Shown: positions 26,904 to 36,044 of the stretch, in pieces
Position numbering within the stretch: the stretch's first letter is position 1
Layout of the letters: the number at the start of each line of letters is the position of its first letter
Virus record (IMG/VR): IMGVR_UViG_3300005529_000002
Location: 1 to 64,000 of that record
Direction: 5' to 3' (one strand)
DNA from: a virus
DNA: 64,000 nt
Program-made: the position numbers and the translations under genes
Notes under the pieces: model-generated
The model's input: the letters and a program-made list of their open reading frames with translations, nothing else
The model's database searches: none
What the model was told of the DNA's origin: nothing

Positions 26904-28595
26904 TCACAGCACCGCCGCAATTGCCTTGCCGAGGAAATGGGCCACATTACATGACACCGCGTTCCCCGCCTGCATCGTCTGCTCGCCCTGGTTGCCCTTG
27001 ACGATGTAGGTGTCGGGGAACCGCTGGGCGCGCAGGTGCTCGCGGGGCTTGAGCATCCGCAGGCGGCACTCGGCGACGTCGGAGTCATCCGGCTGCACCA
27101 GGGCGGCGGAGTCGTGCGTGCCGAGCGTGTGGACCGGCTCAGCGGTCGTCGTGGCCCGTGACCGCCTGCCGCGGTAGGGCACGACGAGGGCGTGGCCGTC
27201 CCGCACGGTGACGGCGCTCACCGGGTCGGCGACCGATGTCACGTTGTGCTCCGGCGAGCAGTAGCCGCCGTAGTTCTTCACCAGGAACGGCGGCACGGTC
27301 AGCGCGTGGTTGCCGCCGCTCGCCACGACCGTGGCCAGCGGCTCGCTCACGCCGCGAGCAGAGTCGTCGCGGCCCCGGAGCATCGTCAGGAACGGCTGGG
27401 TGACCAGTGCGTCGGTGTCCCGCACTACGCGGGTCCGCAGCGGCTCCCCGGTCGAGGTCGGGTCCGATGTCCGGTTGTACCCGCCGAGCGGGAGGACCAG
27501 GCCGTGGTTCGACCCGCCGGCCATGATCGCCGCCAGGGGCTCGTCATCCACCCCGAGGTTGCGCACCCGGTTCGAGCGGAGCAGGGTCAGGAACGCGCCG
27601 TCCGGCGTGGCAAGTGCTTCGCCCGGCGTTCCGGTCCTCGTCCCCATAGGAAGCTCGCCGACCGGCCATGCGCGGACGTAGCCGGACCCCGGCCGCTCAT
27701 AGGTGTTGCCGCCGACAGCAACAGTGACCGGCTGGGCGAACAGCTCCAGGCCCGCGCGGATCCGCCGGATCGTGTTCGCCGCCAGCGGCCGTTTCCGTTC
27801 GCCGATCGGCGTTCCCAGGTCCGACCAGTCGATCGCCGAAGCGGCGGGCAGCACCAGCGGCTCCGCGACGGCGTGCCCGCACGCAGTCTCCGGGCAGCAG
27901 TAGACGTACTGCCGGCCGTACTTGCCGATCTTCGGCCGCTCCGGGCGCTTCCACGACTGGAACGCGCAGACCAGCGCCTCGCACACCGGGCACCACGCCA
28001 GCGGCCTGGGTGACACGTCCGGCAGCGGTATCCCGATGCGGGTGAACACGACGTACAGCCGGTCACGCCATTGCGGGGCGTAGGGATTGCCTTCGCCGCC
28101 GATGTGCGCCGAGGAGACGGAGACGAGCTGGTAGTTGTAGCCGAGCAGCACCATGCCGGACAGCCACCAGTCCCACAGCTCCCAGTCCGCGACCTCGGTG
28201 ACGTTCTCCACGATCACCGCCTTGTAGCGGTGAACCTCGGTGGCGCGGATCACGTCGTGGAAAGTCGCGCGGGTGCGTTCCATCCCGGCGCCCGGCACGT
28301 GGCCGGCCTCTTCGAGCAGGTCGAGCTGGCCTTTCGGGCGCCGCTTCCGGCCCCCGGCCGGCGAGTTCTCCGTGCAGATCGGGCTGGCCCACAGCACGTC
28401 GGTCTTGGGGAGCCGGCGCATGTCGTAGTTCGACACGTCGGCGCACAGGTGCTCGGCGTCGCGGAAGTTCGCCGAGTGGGTCTCGATCGCCCGGTCCCAG
28501 TGATTTGCCGCGAGCTGGAGTTCCAGACCTGCCTCGGTCAGGCCGATCGACGATCCGCCAGCGCCGCAGAAGATGTCCGTGTAGGTCAGGCTCAC
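26904..28595 (-). CDS. C5 cytosine DNA methyltransferase
   Basis: DIFCGAGG, WASPIC, VENV, QWRDRLY and QAGNAV. Confidence 0.92.
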   Translation of the reverse strand: MSLTYTDIFCGAGGSSIGLTEAGLELQLAANHWDRAIETHSANFRDAEHLCADVSNYDMRRLPKTDVLWASPICTENSPAGGRKRRPKGQLDLLEEAGHVPGAGMERTRATFHDVIRATEVHRYKAVIVENVTEVADWELWDWWLSGMVLLGYNYQLVSVSSAHIGGEGNPYAPQWRDRLYVVFTRIGIPLPDVSPRPLAWCPVCEALVCAFQSWKRPERPKIGKYGRQYVYCCPETACGHAVAEPLVLPAASAIDWSDLGTPIGERKRPLAANTIRRIRAGLELFAQPVTVAVGGNTYERPGSGYVRAWPVGELPMGTRTGTPGEALATPDGAFLTLLRSNRVRNLGVDDEPLAAIMAGGSNHGLVLPLGGYNRTSDPTSTGEPLRTRVVRDTDALVTQPFLTMLRGRDDSARGVSEPLATVVASGGNHALTVPPFLVKNYGGYCSPEHNVTSVADPVSAVTVRDGHALVVPYRGRRSRATTTAEPVHTLGTHDSAALVQPDDSDVAECRLRMLKPREHLRAQRFPDTYIVKGNQGEQTMQAGNAVSCNVAHFLGKAIAAVL

Positions 28596-29101
28596 CGAGA
28601 CGCGCCTCTGTTCATGCCAGGGCGGTAGCGCACCGGCTTGTCCGCCGCCTTCGTGTACCGGCCCCGTGCGGCCCGCTGGGCGGCGTGCAGCTTCGACAGC
28701 GCGGCTTTCCAGGCGTCTCTCCCGGCCTGGCCGGCGAGGGGCGGGGTTCCCTGGCTCCCGCTCCCCGCCGGATCATGGCCGGCTGCTGCCCGAGCGCTGA
28801 AAGCAGCAGCCGGAGCTTCTGGCTGACCGGCCCGGTCCCCGGCAGCAGCCTGACCGGAGGCTGAAAGGACGCTGCCAGGGACCGGGTCCGGCATCCCCGC
28901 TGCTGCTCTTGCCGCAACGGGCAGCCGCGTGGACGATGGGGTGACCGGCTCCGCACCGGGGGATACGGAGCCGGCCACGTGCGCACCTGCGGGGGGATCA
29001 GGTGCGCGATCAGTCCCGGCCGGGGGGGTGGCCGGGACGGCGCGGTCCGGGATAACGGGGGCAATCCCGTCCGCGCGTCCTTGGGGTGTTGCGGAGGTCA
29101 T
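28592..29101 (-). CDS. Pro/Ala-rich hypothetical protein
   Basis: Coupled ORF. Confidence 0.45.
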   Translation of the reverse strand: MTSATPQGRADGIAPVIPDRAVPATPPAGTDRAPDPPAGAHVAGSVSPGAEPVTPSSTRLPVAARAAAGMPDPVPGSVLSASGQAAAGDRAGQPEAPAAAFSARAAAGHDPAGSGSQGTPPLAGQAGRDAWKAALSKLHAAQRAARGRYTKAADKPVRYRPGMNRGASR

Positions 29102-29802
29102 GATGCCTTCGCCTCCCGCTGCATGTACTTGAGCCGCCGTGCAGCCCACCCGGCGCACAGGTCCGCTGGCGTGCCGTCAGCCTTGAACGGGCGGCCGTTG
29201 ACGAGGGGCGGCCGGTAGTCGCCGCCGTGGCCGGAGATCTCGGCGCCGGACGGATGCACCCACCGGATGACCCGCCGCACTCCCTGGTGGCACGCGAACA
29301 GCTCCCCGGTGATCACGATCTCGTCAAGGAACTCCCCGTCGCCCTGGTAGCTGGGGTCGCCGCTGCGCTCCGGCGAGCCGGGCCGGAACGCGCAGTCGCC
29401 GCACATCGAGCCGCGCAGCCCGAGGTCGCCCGGCTTAAGCGGCTGCTGCTCAAGGTCATAGACCGGCTGCCAGCAGGTGCACGCCTGCGGGCCGTTCATG
29501 ATCGCCCCGTAGCAGCACGCGCCTTCCCCTGCGTCAGGGAAGACCAGCGCCCTGCTCAGGCCGTGGCAGATGTCCGGCACGGCAGAGTGCTCGGGAGCAT
29601 CCGCGATGAACTGAGCCGCTTCCCGCTGCTCACTCCGCCGCCGTGCTTCGGCCCTGACTGCTGCCGCGATCTCGCGAGGGTCAGGCTCGGTGTCCCGGCC
29701 CGCATACCTGTACGGGGTGCGGTCCAGGACTGCGCGGGGATCAGGTGACCCGCTGGCTACCTGGACGGCGCGCTCGGCCAGGCGGCGGCGAGGCTCAGGC
29801 AC
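29098..29802 (-). CDS. Cys-rich hypothetical protein
   Basis: MCGDCAFRPGSPER..FACHQG..LCAGW. Confidence 0.65.
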   Translation of the reverse strand: MPEPRRRLAERAVQVASGSPDPRAVLDRTPYRYAGRDTEPDPREIAAAVRAEARRRSEQREAAQFIADAPEHSAVPDICHGLSRALVFPDAGEGACCYGAIMNGPQACTCWQPVYDLEQQPLKPGDLGLRGSMCGDCAFRPGSPERSGDPSYQGDGEFLDEIVITGELFACHQGVRRVIRWVHPSGAEISGHGGDYRPPLVNGRPFKADGTPADLCAGWAARRLKYMQREAKAS

Positions 29803-29962
29803 CGGGCACCTCCTCCTCGCTGCTGTCTGAGCGCTGCTGCGCTGTCTCCTGCTCGTGCTCGCGGATCTGGTGAGCCAGCCCGCCTGACCTCCGCGACCCG
29901 TTCACGGTCAGCACGATGGCGGCTAGGGCGAGGACAGCGGCGACGGCGATGAAGGGGGTCAC
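29795..29962 (-). CDS. Small membrane protein
   Basis: VTPFIAVAAVLALAAIVLTV..; overlaps both neighbours. Confidence 0.45.
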   Translation of the reverse strand: MTPFIAVAAVLALAAIVLTVNGSRRSGGLAHQIREHEQETAQQRSDSSEEEVPGA

Positions 29963-30858
29963 GACGGCACCACCTCAGCGGTGCGAGGGAACTCCCGGAC
30001 TCTCAGGTCTTCCGGCCAGGCGTCCCAGTCGCCGCCTTTGCGGCCAGCGCCCAGCTCGCGGCCGAGCACCGAACCGAGTTGCTTGCAGAAGAACGGGACC
30101 TCGTCGACGGCTGTCTGATCCCGCAGCGACTGAAGCCACTTCAGATCGCAAGGGCGCGCACCAGGACCCGACTCGCCACCCGCAATTACCCAGTCAAGCA
30201 GCGGATGCGGTGCACCCGTTCCGCCGCTTGGACCTCCGGCCCAGTCGGCCCGCAGGGTGTCAATGCCGTCGACGTTCTGGAGATCGACAGGGCCAAGCAA
30301 CGGTTCGGCTGAGACGAACCGGACAGCTGCCGGGGCGCCGAGCAGTGCCGGGATGCGGATGCCGGCCCAGTGCTGGTCTTCGGCCGAGACGCCGAGCCAG
30401 ACGTTGGGGAGCGGCCACTCGTCCAGGCTGGCGTGAGAGAACTCAGCCACGGCCTCCTCGACCATGTCGGGGAACCCTTCGGTGCCGAGAGCCCCGTGCG
30501 ACAGCAGCGAGCGCATCCGGCCGTGCCGCTTCGTCAGGACCTGGTAGGTGTGCAGCGGGGTTATCGCCATGATCGCGAAGGCTCGCGCGATGAACTCGTC
30601 CGGGACGGCTTCGTGGAACAGGTCGGTCATCGAGTTCACGAAGATCCGCCTGGGCCTGTGCCAGCGGAGGGGAAGCCTCAGCCTGTCGGGCCGGAGCCGG
30701 ACATCGAAGCCCTGCTCGAAATGGTGACCGGGGGTGCCGCGCCACCGCTCGGCGAAGGTCTTCGCGTAACAGTGATCGCATCCCGGCGAAACCTCGGTGC
30801 AGCCGGTCACGAAATTCCACGTGGCGTCGGTCCACTCGATGCTGCTCTTGTCGCTCAC
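29959..30858 (-). CDS. DUF5131 / phage gp37-gp68 family protein
   Basis: SSIEWTDATWN..GCTEVSPGCDHCYA..IFVNSMTDLFH..WVIAGGESG. Confidence 0.9.
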   Translation of the reverse strand: MSDKSSIEWTDATWNFVTGCTEVSPGCDHCYAKTFAERWRGTPGHHFEQGFDVRLRPDRLRLPLRWHRPRRIFVNSMTDLFHEAVPDEFIARAFAIMAITPLHTYQVLTKRHGRMRSLLSHGALGTEGFPDMVEEAVAEFSHASLDEWPLPNVWLGVSAEDQHWAGIRIPALLGAPAAVRFVSAEPLLGPVDLQNVDGIDTLRADWAGGPSGGTGAPHPLLDWVIAGGESGPGARPCDLKWLQSLRDQTAVDEVPFFCKQLGSVLGRELGAGRKGGDWDAWPEDLRVREFPRTAEVVPS

Positions 30859-31067
30859 GCGGCTTCCCTCCTCGGTGCTATCTCCTGAACCGGGGCAGCC
30901 GGTACGGTGGCGGCCGCGGCGGCGCAGCGGTGCCGCTTCGCCTTCGGGACCGTCCGGACGCTCACGGACACCGCTATCCACTCCCTGGCGACCGCGAGGC
31001 AGCCGAGCACGGCCAGCACGAACCCGGCCCCCAGCACTTCGGCCAGGATGATCTCCGGCCCGTTCAC
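30855..31067 (-). CDS. Small membrane protein
   Basis: One TM-like segment; coupled. Confidence 0.5.
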   Translation of the reverse strand: MNGPEIILAEVLGAGFVLAVLGCLAVAREWIAVSVSVRTVPKAKRHRCAAAAATVPAAPVQEIAPRREAA

Positions 31068-31258
31068 GTCCGCTCCCTCATCTGCCGGTCCCATTGCGCG
31101 AAGTGCGGAGCCGGGTAGCTGGCCACGTCGATGGCCTGGTCGGTATCCCGCATCCACCGCTGCCAGGCCAGTACCTCCCGGCGCTTCTCCACCTTCCGGC
31201 TCGTGACCCAGCCAGCTATCAGGCCGGCGATGACGGTCCAGGTGACTGCCGCGATCAC
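31064..31258 (-). CDS. Small membrane protein
   Basis: One TM-like segment; coupled. Confidence 0.5.
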   Translation of the reverse strand: MIAAVTWTVIAGLIAGWVTSRKVEKRREVLAWQRWMRDTDQAIDVASYPAPHFAQWDRQMRERT

Positions 31259-31926
31259 GACGCACCGCCAGCAGCGTCGTACCGGCTGATGCCCCACTGG
31301 ATCGCATGGAGGCACCACAGGAACTGCCAGTCCCAGTCGCGGAGGTCCCACTCCCACGAGTGGTCGAAGCGGAAACCCTCAGCGGATGCGGCCAGGCCGG
31401 ACGGCCGGTACTCGAAGTCGCGGAGCGCTTCCCGTGCCCCGTCCTCGAACTCGGTATTCCACTGGCTGTACGCGCCGAAGATGTCCCGCTCTACAGCCTG
31501 GGTAAGTCCCGGCCAGTCTTCCTCGGCCTCCTGGGCCGCCTCGGTGACGTGCTGGCGGAACTTATCATCGCTGTAGCAGCGGGTCCTCGTCTCGCCGCGC
31601 ACCTTCTCGGCCCAGTAGTCCGGGTTGATACGGCTGCCCCGGAAGAACCCGAACATGTCCTCGACGCGGGAGAACATGAAGCTCCCGCAGTCCCCGTTGA
31701 TCGCCAGGCAGTGCGGCCAGGTCACCAGGTCGAACCAGTAGAACGACGACAGGCTGGGCGCCAGGGGCGGGTGGACCGGGGCGAAGCGGAGGAAGCTCAG
31801 GTGCCGGTACAGGCCGTCGTCGCGCCGCACCTTCATGATGTGGTAAGCCGTGTCCCTGGCGAACCGCTCGGCCACCGGGTCGGCCGTCTCGGCAACCGGG
31901 CCTAGCGTCACCTTGATAGTGGTCAT
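31255..31926 (-). CDS. Conserved phage hypothetical protein
   Basis: DDGLYRHL..YWFDLVTWP..DMFGFFR..INPDYWAEKV. Confidence 0.75.
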   Translation of the reverse strand: MTTIKVTLGPVAETADPVAERFARDTAYHIMKVRRDDGLYRHLSFLRFAPVHPPLAPSLSSFYWFDLVTWPHCLAINGDCGSFMFSRVEDMFGFFRGSRINPDYWAEKVRGETRTRCYSDDKFRQHVTEAAQEAEEDWPGLTQAVERDIFGAYSQWNTEFEDGAREALRDFEYRPSGLAASAEGFRFDHSWEWDLRDWDWQFLWCLHAIQWGISRYDAAGGAS

Positions 31927-32000
31927 GCCGCCATCTCCCCAGGTGCCTTATCCCGGTACTGGCCGTCCTCGGACCTGTAGATCTCCCGGTCTGTGAACAG
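31923..32000 (-). pseudogene. Orphaned former C-terminus of the 32776-33309 gene
   Basis: LFTDREIYRSEDGQYRDKAPGEMAA* vs LYDGREVYRTEDGRYAKKPPVEAAA* (14/25 identical). Confidence 0.85.
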
Positions 32001-32008
32001 GTTGCCGA

Positions 32009-32779
32009 TCATGCGGCACCTGCCTGCGGCGGCTTAAGGGCTTTCGTCCGGGCGAGTCCGCGACGGTATGCCTCGGTGCCTATGTGGCCGCCGGAGTGAC
32101 CTTGAGGACGGCCGCAAGTGCTCGAATCACCGTGGCCGGGCTGAAGCTGGTGACCGCATCGCGGTTTCGGGTATACCGGCGCTGTCTCGCCATCCTGGGC
32201 TGGGCGCAGAGTCCGGAGTCGGGATTTGCGCTGCCAGGACTCGGCTGACTGGCACCAGCCCGGATGACCGGCAGGACGCCCGCAGATGGGTGGTGGTTCA
32301 TTCTCGCCGAGGCGTGCCAGCGTCCTGGCTGCACGTATCGGCTTCCCGCATCGGGGGACGGCGCTCAGGGTACCCTTTGCTTCGATCAGGACCGCGCAAT
32401 CGTGCTTCTTGTGACAGGACACGCACCGGGGCAGATAGTGATCCGGGTCAGCCGAGAAGGGGCGCCCGTCATCGGTTATGCGGGCATCCGGATCGGCGTG
32501 GTCGAACGACCAGTGCCTTGCCTGGGCGCCGCAGTCGACGCACGCATGGTCGGAGGCCGGCCCGTGCTTCGCCTTCACGCGCATGTGAGCGGCTTTGTAA
32601 CTGAGGTCGGTTCCAGTCCACGAATGGTGCGCTTCGCCGCGAGGCAAGTTGCGGTCTCTTTGATGGGTGACGGCGTGGGGGTCACCGTGCCTCCGGACTC
32701 TGGCGGCATGCATGCTGCACATGCCGCTCTCCTTGACAGGCTTCGCGCAGCCGCTGATCTTGCACTCACCCTTGCTCAT
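32009..32779 (-). mobile_element. Free-standing HNH-type homing endonuclease
   Basis: CKISGC..GMCSMH..R.RRHGDP; YKAAHMRV..CVDCG..HWS..YLPRCVSCHKKHD; C-terminal CG..CGRPxGH repeats. Confidence 0.8.
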
Positions 32780-33309
32780 GCTGCGGCCTCCACTGGCGGC
32801 TTCTTGGCGTAGCGCCCGTCTTCGGTCCGGTACACCTCGCGGCCGTCATAAAGGGTCATCGGGACCGTGCGAGGGTCGCGTCCGCCCTTGATGTAGAAGC
32901 CGCGGATCTCCAGCTGCGGATCACGCTTTTCGGCGGCCCCATGGCATCCCGAGCGAAGGACCGCAGACCCACACAGCAACCCGGAATTAGCGGGGCTATT
33001 GAGTACCGCCAGCGAAGTGCCCCCCATGCCTCTCGCTACGATGTGCTGAATCTCACCTAGGAGAGGCCCGCACCACACCCCGCACGCCTCGCAGAGGGCC
33101 TGCTCGATATCCCCGCCGCCTGCCCGCTGGCGGACCAGGATCTTCACGGCCCGGCTGAACCCGGTGTGCTCCGCAGGCTCCGCAAGATGCCACGACGGGC
33201 ACCGGGAGCACTTGTACGGGGTGCCGTCCGCGCCCTTGGCGACCGCCTTGAGCGCGGCCGTCTCGGTGCCGAGGCTCCGGCCATTGACGCAGCCGCGGTT
33301 AAGGCTCAT
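32776..33309 (-). CDS. HNH-fold nuclease
   Basis: CEACG..IQHIVARGMGG..NSPAN..LLCG..GCH. Confidence 0.75.
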   Translation of the reverse strand: MSLNRGCVNGRSLGTETAALKAVAKGADGTPYKCSRCPSWHLAEPAEHTGFSRAVKILVRQRAGGGDIEQALCEACGVWCGPLLGEIQHIVARGMGGTSLAVLNSPANSGLLCGSAVLRSGCHGAAEKRDPQLEIRGFYIKGGRDPRTVPMTLYDGREVYRTEDGRYAKKPPVEAAA

Positions 33310-33395
33310 GGCGCCCACCTCGCATCCCGCTGCCACTGGCGCAGCTTCCGGCGCTCGATCAGGCGCAGTACCAGGCGGGCTATAGCGGCGCTCAC
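33306..33395 (-). CDS. 29-aa peptide
   Basis: GTGA/ATGA overlaps with both neighbours. Confidence 0.4.
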   Translation of the reverse strand: MSAAIARLVLRLIERRKLRQWQRDARWAP

Positions 33396-34018
33396 GACGC
33401 ACCGCCGCTCATCACCGCGTCGTAGATCGCCTTTGCCCACCTGGCGTCACCGAGCGCGGTGTGACGGTCCTGCTCGCCGGGTGGCGCGATGTGAAGGGAT
33501 CGCGTCAGCTCGTCCGAGTTCCACGGCAGGCCGGGCAGGTCGTCCTCGCTTATACAGGGTCCTTCCAGGCACGCGGCGCTGCTGTGGCCGTGGCGGGAAA
33601 GGCCGTTCAGGTAGCCGACCGCGAGCGCTTCCACGTCGATCAGGTGGTAGTGCCACGACGGGCAGATGCCGTGCGCGCGCATCCTCGCCGCGAGCACGTC
33701 GGCGTCGAAGCTGACGACCGCGCCGACAAGATGGGCGCCGCGGGTAAACCGGTCGACCTCGTGGAGCACGTACGCCTCCGGATAAGCGCAATCCCCGTCC
33801 CATCCGGGTCCCCGGTAATCCGGGTGGCGGTCGTAGAACCGGCCGACCTGCAACGAGAACGGGTCTGCGTTGCCGAGGTCCAGGTCCTCGCTGCGGACGA
33901 ACCAGCGGTACGCGGTGTCGTCGCGGCCGGGGTCGCGCACGATCAGCCCGGCCTCCCAGACCCGGCGGTCGTGACGGAGCGAGGTGGTTTCCGTGTCCAG
34001 GATCACGATGCGGGTCAC
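33392..34018 (-). CDS. DEDD 3'-5' exonuclease
   Basis: ILDTETT, SFD and HTALGDA. Confidence 0.85.
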   Translation of the reverse strand: MTRIVILDTETTSLRHDRRVWEAGLIVRDPGRDDTAYRWFVRSEDLDLGNADPFSLQVGRFYDRHPDYRGPGWDGDCAYPEAYVLHEVDRFTRGAHLVGAVVSFDADVLAARMRAHGICPSWHYHLIDVEALAVGYLNGLSRHGHSSAACLEGPCISEDDLPGLPWNSDELTRSLHIAPPGEQDRHTALGDARWAKAIYDAVMSGGAS

Positions 34019-35154
34019 GATGCACCATCACCCTCTGCCGGAGGCGTGGTCAGGAACGCGACGAGCTGGTCGCGGTCCTGGAATCCCTCCAGGGTGTCGA
34101 TGAGCTTCCGCGCTTCCCGCTCCGACAGGTTGGCGTGCACCCGTCCCTCGCTGGGGCCGGTCAGGTCCCTGCCGATGATCTGCTCAGACGCGCCGACGGC
34201 AAGCCGATGCTCGGCGCGCTTGAAACCGAGGGCTGATGAATAGACGCTCTCCACCTTGCCGACCTGCTCAGGCCGTGCGCTGCCCGGCTCATCACTGGCC
34301 TCGGGCTGGGCGTCCTGCTCTGCTGCCGCGGGTGCCATCTCTGCGGCTGGCGTGGCGGGAGCCGCCGGCGGGGTCCCGGTGATCTCGTCGGCGGTGACGC
34401 GGGGCGGCGGGAACTCCTCGTCCTTGGTGACTTCGCCGCGCAGCAGCGACTGGCGGATCACGCGCAGGTTGGCGACGTCGTGATCCGTCCACTTCTCCGT
34501 CGCCGCCCCGATCTTGACCTCAAGCTGCGGGATGGTGATGCCGAGGTTCCCGAACACCTCGATCGCGTTGGCGATCCGCTGCGCGAGCGGAACCCCGCCG
34601 CCCTCCGCGATCGTCTTCGCGCAGATGTCCTTGGCTTCCTCCACGAACCACGTGGGGAGCGAGGCGAGGATCGCCTCGCGGACGCGGCGCGAGATCACGT
34701 TCGCGTTGTTCTCGTAGATCTGCCGCAGGTCGGTCAGGTCCCGGCCGCCCGTGTACCCCTTGTGCGGGTTGATCACCACCGAGGAGTTCCTGGTGTTGGT
34801 CTGCACGTCCCACGCGAACGCGAGCATCTCGGACTGGCCGTACTCGTCGTCGCGGCGCAGCTCAACCGCGCCGTACTGGAAGTTGCCCCATACCCGGGCC
34901 AGCTCGCGGGCCAGGTGGACGGACGGCCCGCTGACGATCTGGCCGCCCTGCGGGTAGCGGAAGAACGCCCGGTCGGCGAGTTCCTTGCGGCGGCAGGAGT
35001 CGCGCATGTCGGCGATGGCCTGCGGCACGTTGCGCGGGAACTGCCGGGCGACGATGATCGCCGCCTGCACCTCGGCGATGGCGCGGGTCTGCTCGACAGC
35101 GGTCGCCTGCCCCACCCGGCTGGGCGCGAGCATCTGCTGGACATCGGCGGTCAT
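34015..35154 (-). CDS. Putative single-strand annealing protein (RecT analogue)
   Basis: Directly follows the RecE-like exonuclease; AIAEVQAA..A.QFPRN..SGPSVHLARELARVWGN family. Function inferred from synteny. Confidence 0.6.
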   Translation of the reverse strand: MTADVQQMLAPSRVGQATAVEQTRAIAEVQAAIIVARQFPRNVPQAIADMRDSCRRKELADRAFFRYPQGGQIVSGPSVHLARELARVWGNFQYGAVELRRDDEYGQSEMLAFAWDVQTNTRNSSVVINPHKGYTGGRDLTDLRQIYENNANVISRRVREAILASLPTWFVEEAKDICAKTIAEGGGVPLAQRIANAIEVFGNLGITIPQLEVKIGAATEKWTDHDVANLRVIRQSLLRGEVTKDEEFPPPRVTADEITGTPPAAPATPAAEMAPAAAEQDAQPEASDEPGSARPEQVGKVESVYSSALGFKRAEHRLAVGASEQIIGRDLTGPSEGRVHANLSEREARKLIDTLEGFQDRDQLVAFLTTPPAEGDGAS

Positions 35155-36044
35155 CGGTACTCCTCAAGCTTGCGGAACGCCCACGGGGGCAGGGAGATGT
35201 GCTCAATGCCGGCCGGCCGGCCCGCGCGGATGGCCTCGGCCTCGTAGCCCGGCCAGTTCCCGGACGCGGTGCAGTCGCGGTAGACCTCGATCGCCAGCCG
35301 GTTCAGCTCGCGGCCCACGCTGACGGACTCGGGTTCCAGTTCCGCGATGGTGATCAGGTACGGCGGGTCCTTCTCCTGGAACACGAACACGAACGCGGGA
35401 TCGTCTGCCAGGCCGACTGCGCGGACGCCGTCGGTGTACCAGGGGTCCTGCTGGTGGTAGCCGAAGTTGGCGACCGACTTCGCGATAGCGGCGGGGCTCG
35501 CCGAGACGCAGCTCTTGTAGTCGGCCACGATGAGCCGCTCGCGGGCGCTGATGTCGGGCAGCCAGTCGAGCCGCGCCCGGCACTGCACACCGGTCGCCGG
35601 GTCCTGCCAGAACAGGGACTGCTCAGGCTTGCCCCGCTCGGGGTTGAACAGCGCCGACGCGACCGGGTGCCTGCGCAGCGCAGCGGCCATCGCCTTGACC
35701 TGCTCGTGCTCAGCGGCGAGAAGCGGCAGGAAACCCTCGGCGCGGGCCGCGTCACGTGCGTCCCTCGCCGCTTTGGTGCGCCAGTCATCCGCCTCAATGG
35801 TGACGATCTCCGCGCCCGCGCCGAGCACCAGCTTGTGCGCGGCACTGCCGAGCTCGAACATGTCTTTCGGCGGCGGCGGATTGTCGGCCTCGTAGCGGAA
35901 CCGGGCAGGGCAGGACGGCGGGAGGAGCTTGCGCGCCCCGGTGGATGACAGGGAACCGCCCGGTACCGGATCGGAGTGGTAGACGTCCTCCGGCATGCCG
36001 TCGTAGACCCCGGCCTCAGTGACCGTCGCGGTGGCGGTGGTCAC
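35151..36044 (-). CDS. RecE/exonuclease VIII-like PD-(D/E)XK nuclease (DUF3799-like)
   Basis: YHSDP..LSSTG..GSAAH..EQSLFW..CRARLDWL..DYKS..GYHQQ. Confidence 0.88.
   Translation of the reverse strand: MTTATATVTEAGVYDGMPEDVYHSDPVPGGSLSSTGARKLLPPSCPARFRYEADNPPPPKDMFELGSAAHKLVLGAGAEIVTIEADDWRTKAARDARDAARAEGFLPLLAAEHEQVKAMAAALRRHPVASALFNPERGKPEQSLFWQDPATGVQCRARLDWLPDISARERLIVADYKSCVSASPAAIAKSVANFGYHQQDPWYTDGVRAVGLADDPAFVFVFQEKDPPYLITIAELEPESVSVGRELNRLAIEVYRDCTASGNWPGYEAEAIRAGRPAGIEHISLPPWAFRKLEEYR

Noticed and set aside
26308-26907. 199-aa ORF as a real gene
   Set aside because: It is an alternative frame over the HNH gene; only its last 18 codons (the orphan tail) are meaningful.
26364-26960. 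Group I intron or intein in the methyltransferase
   Set aside because: The upstream gene already has a complete tail and stop; there are no intein motifs and no room for an intron core.
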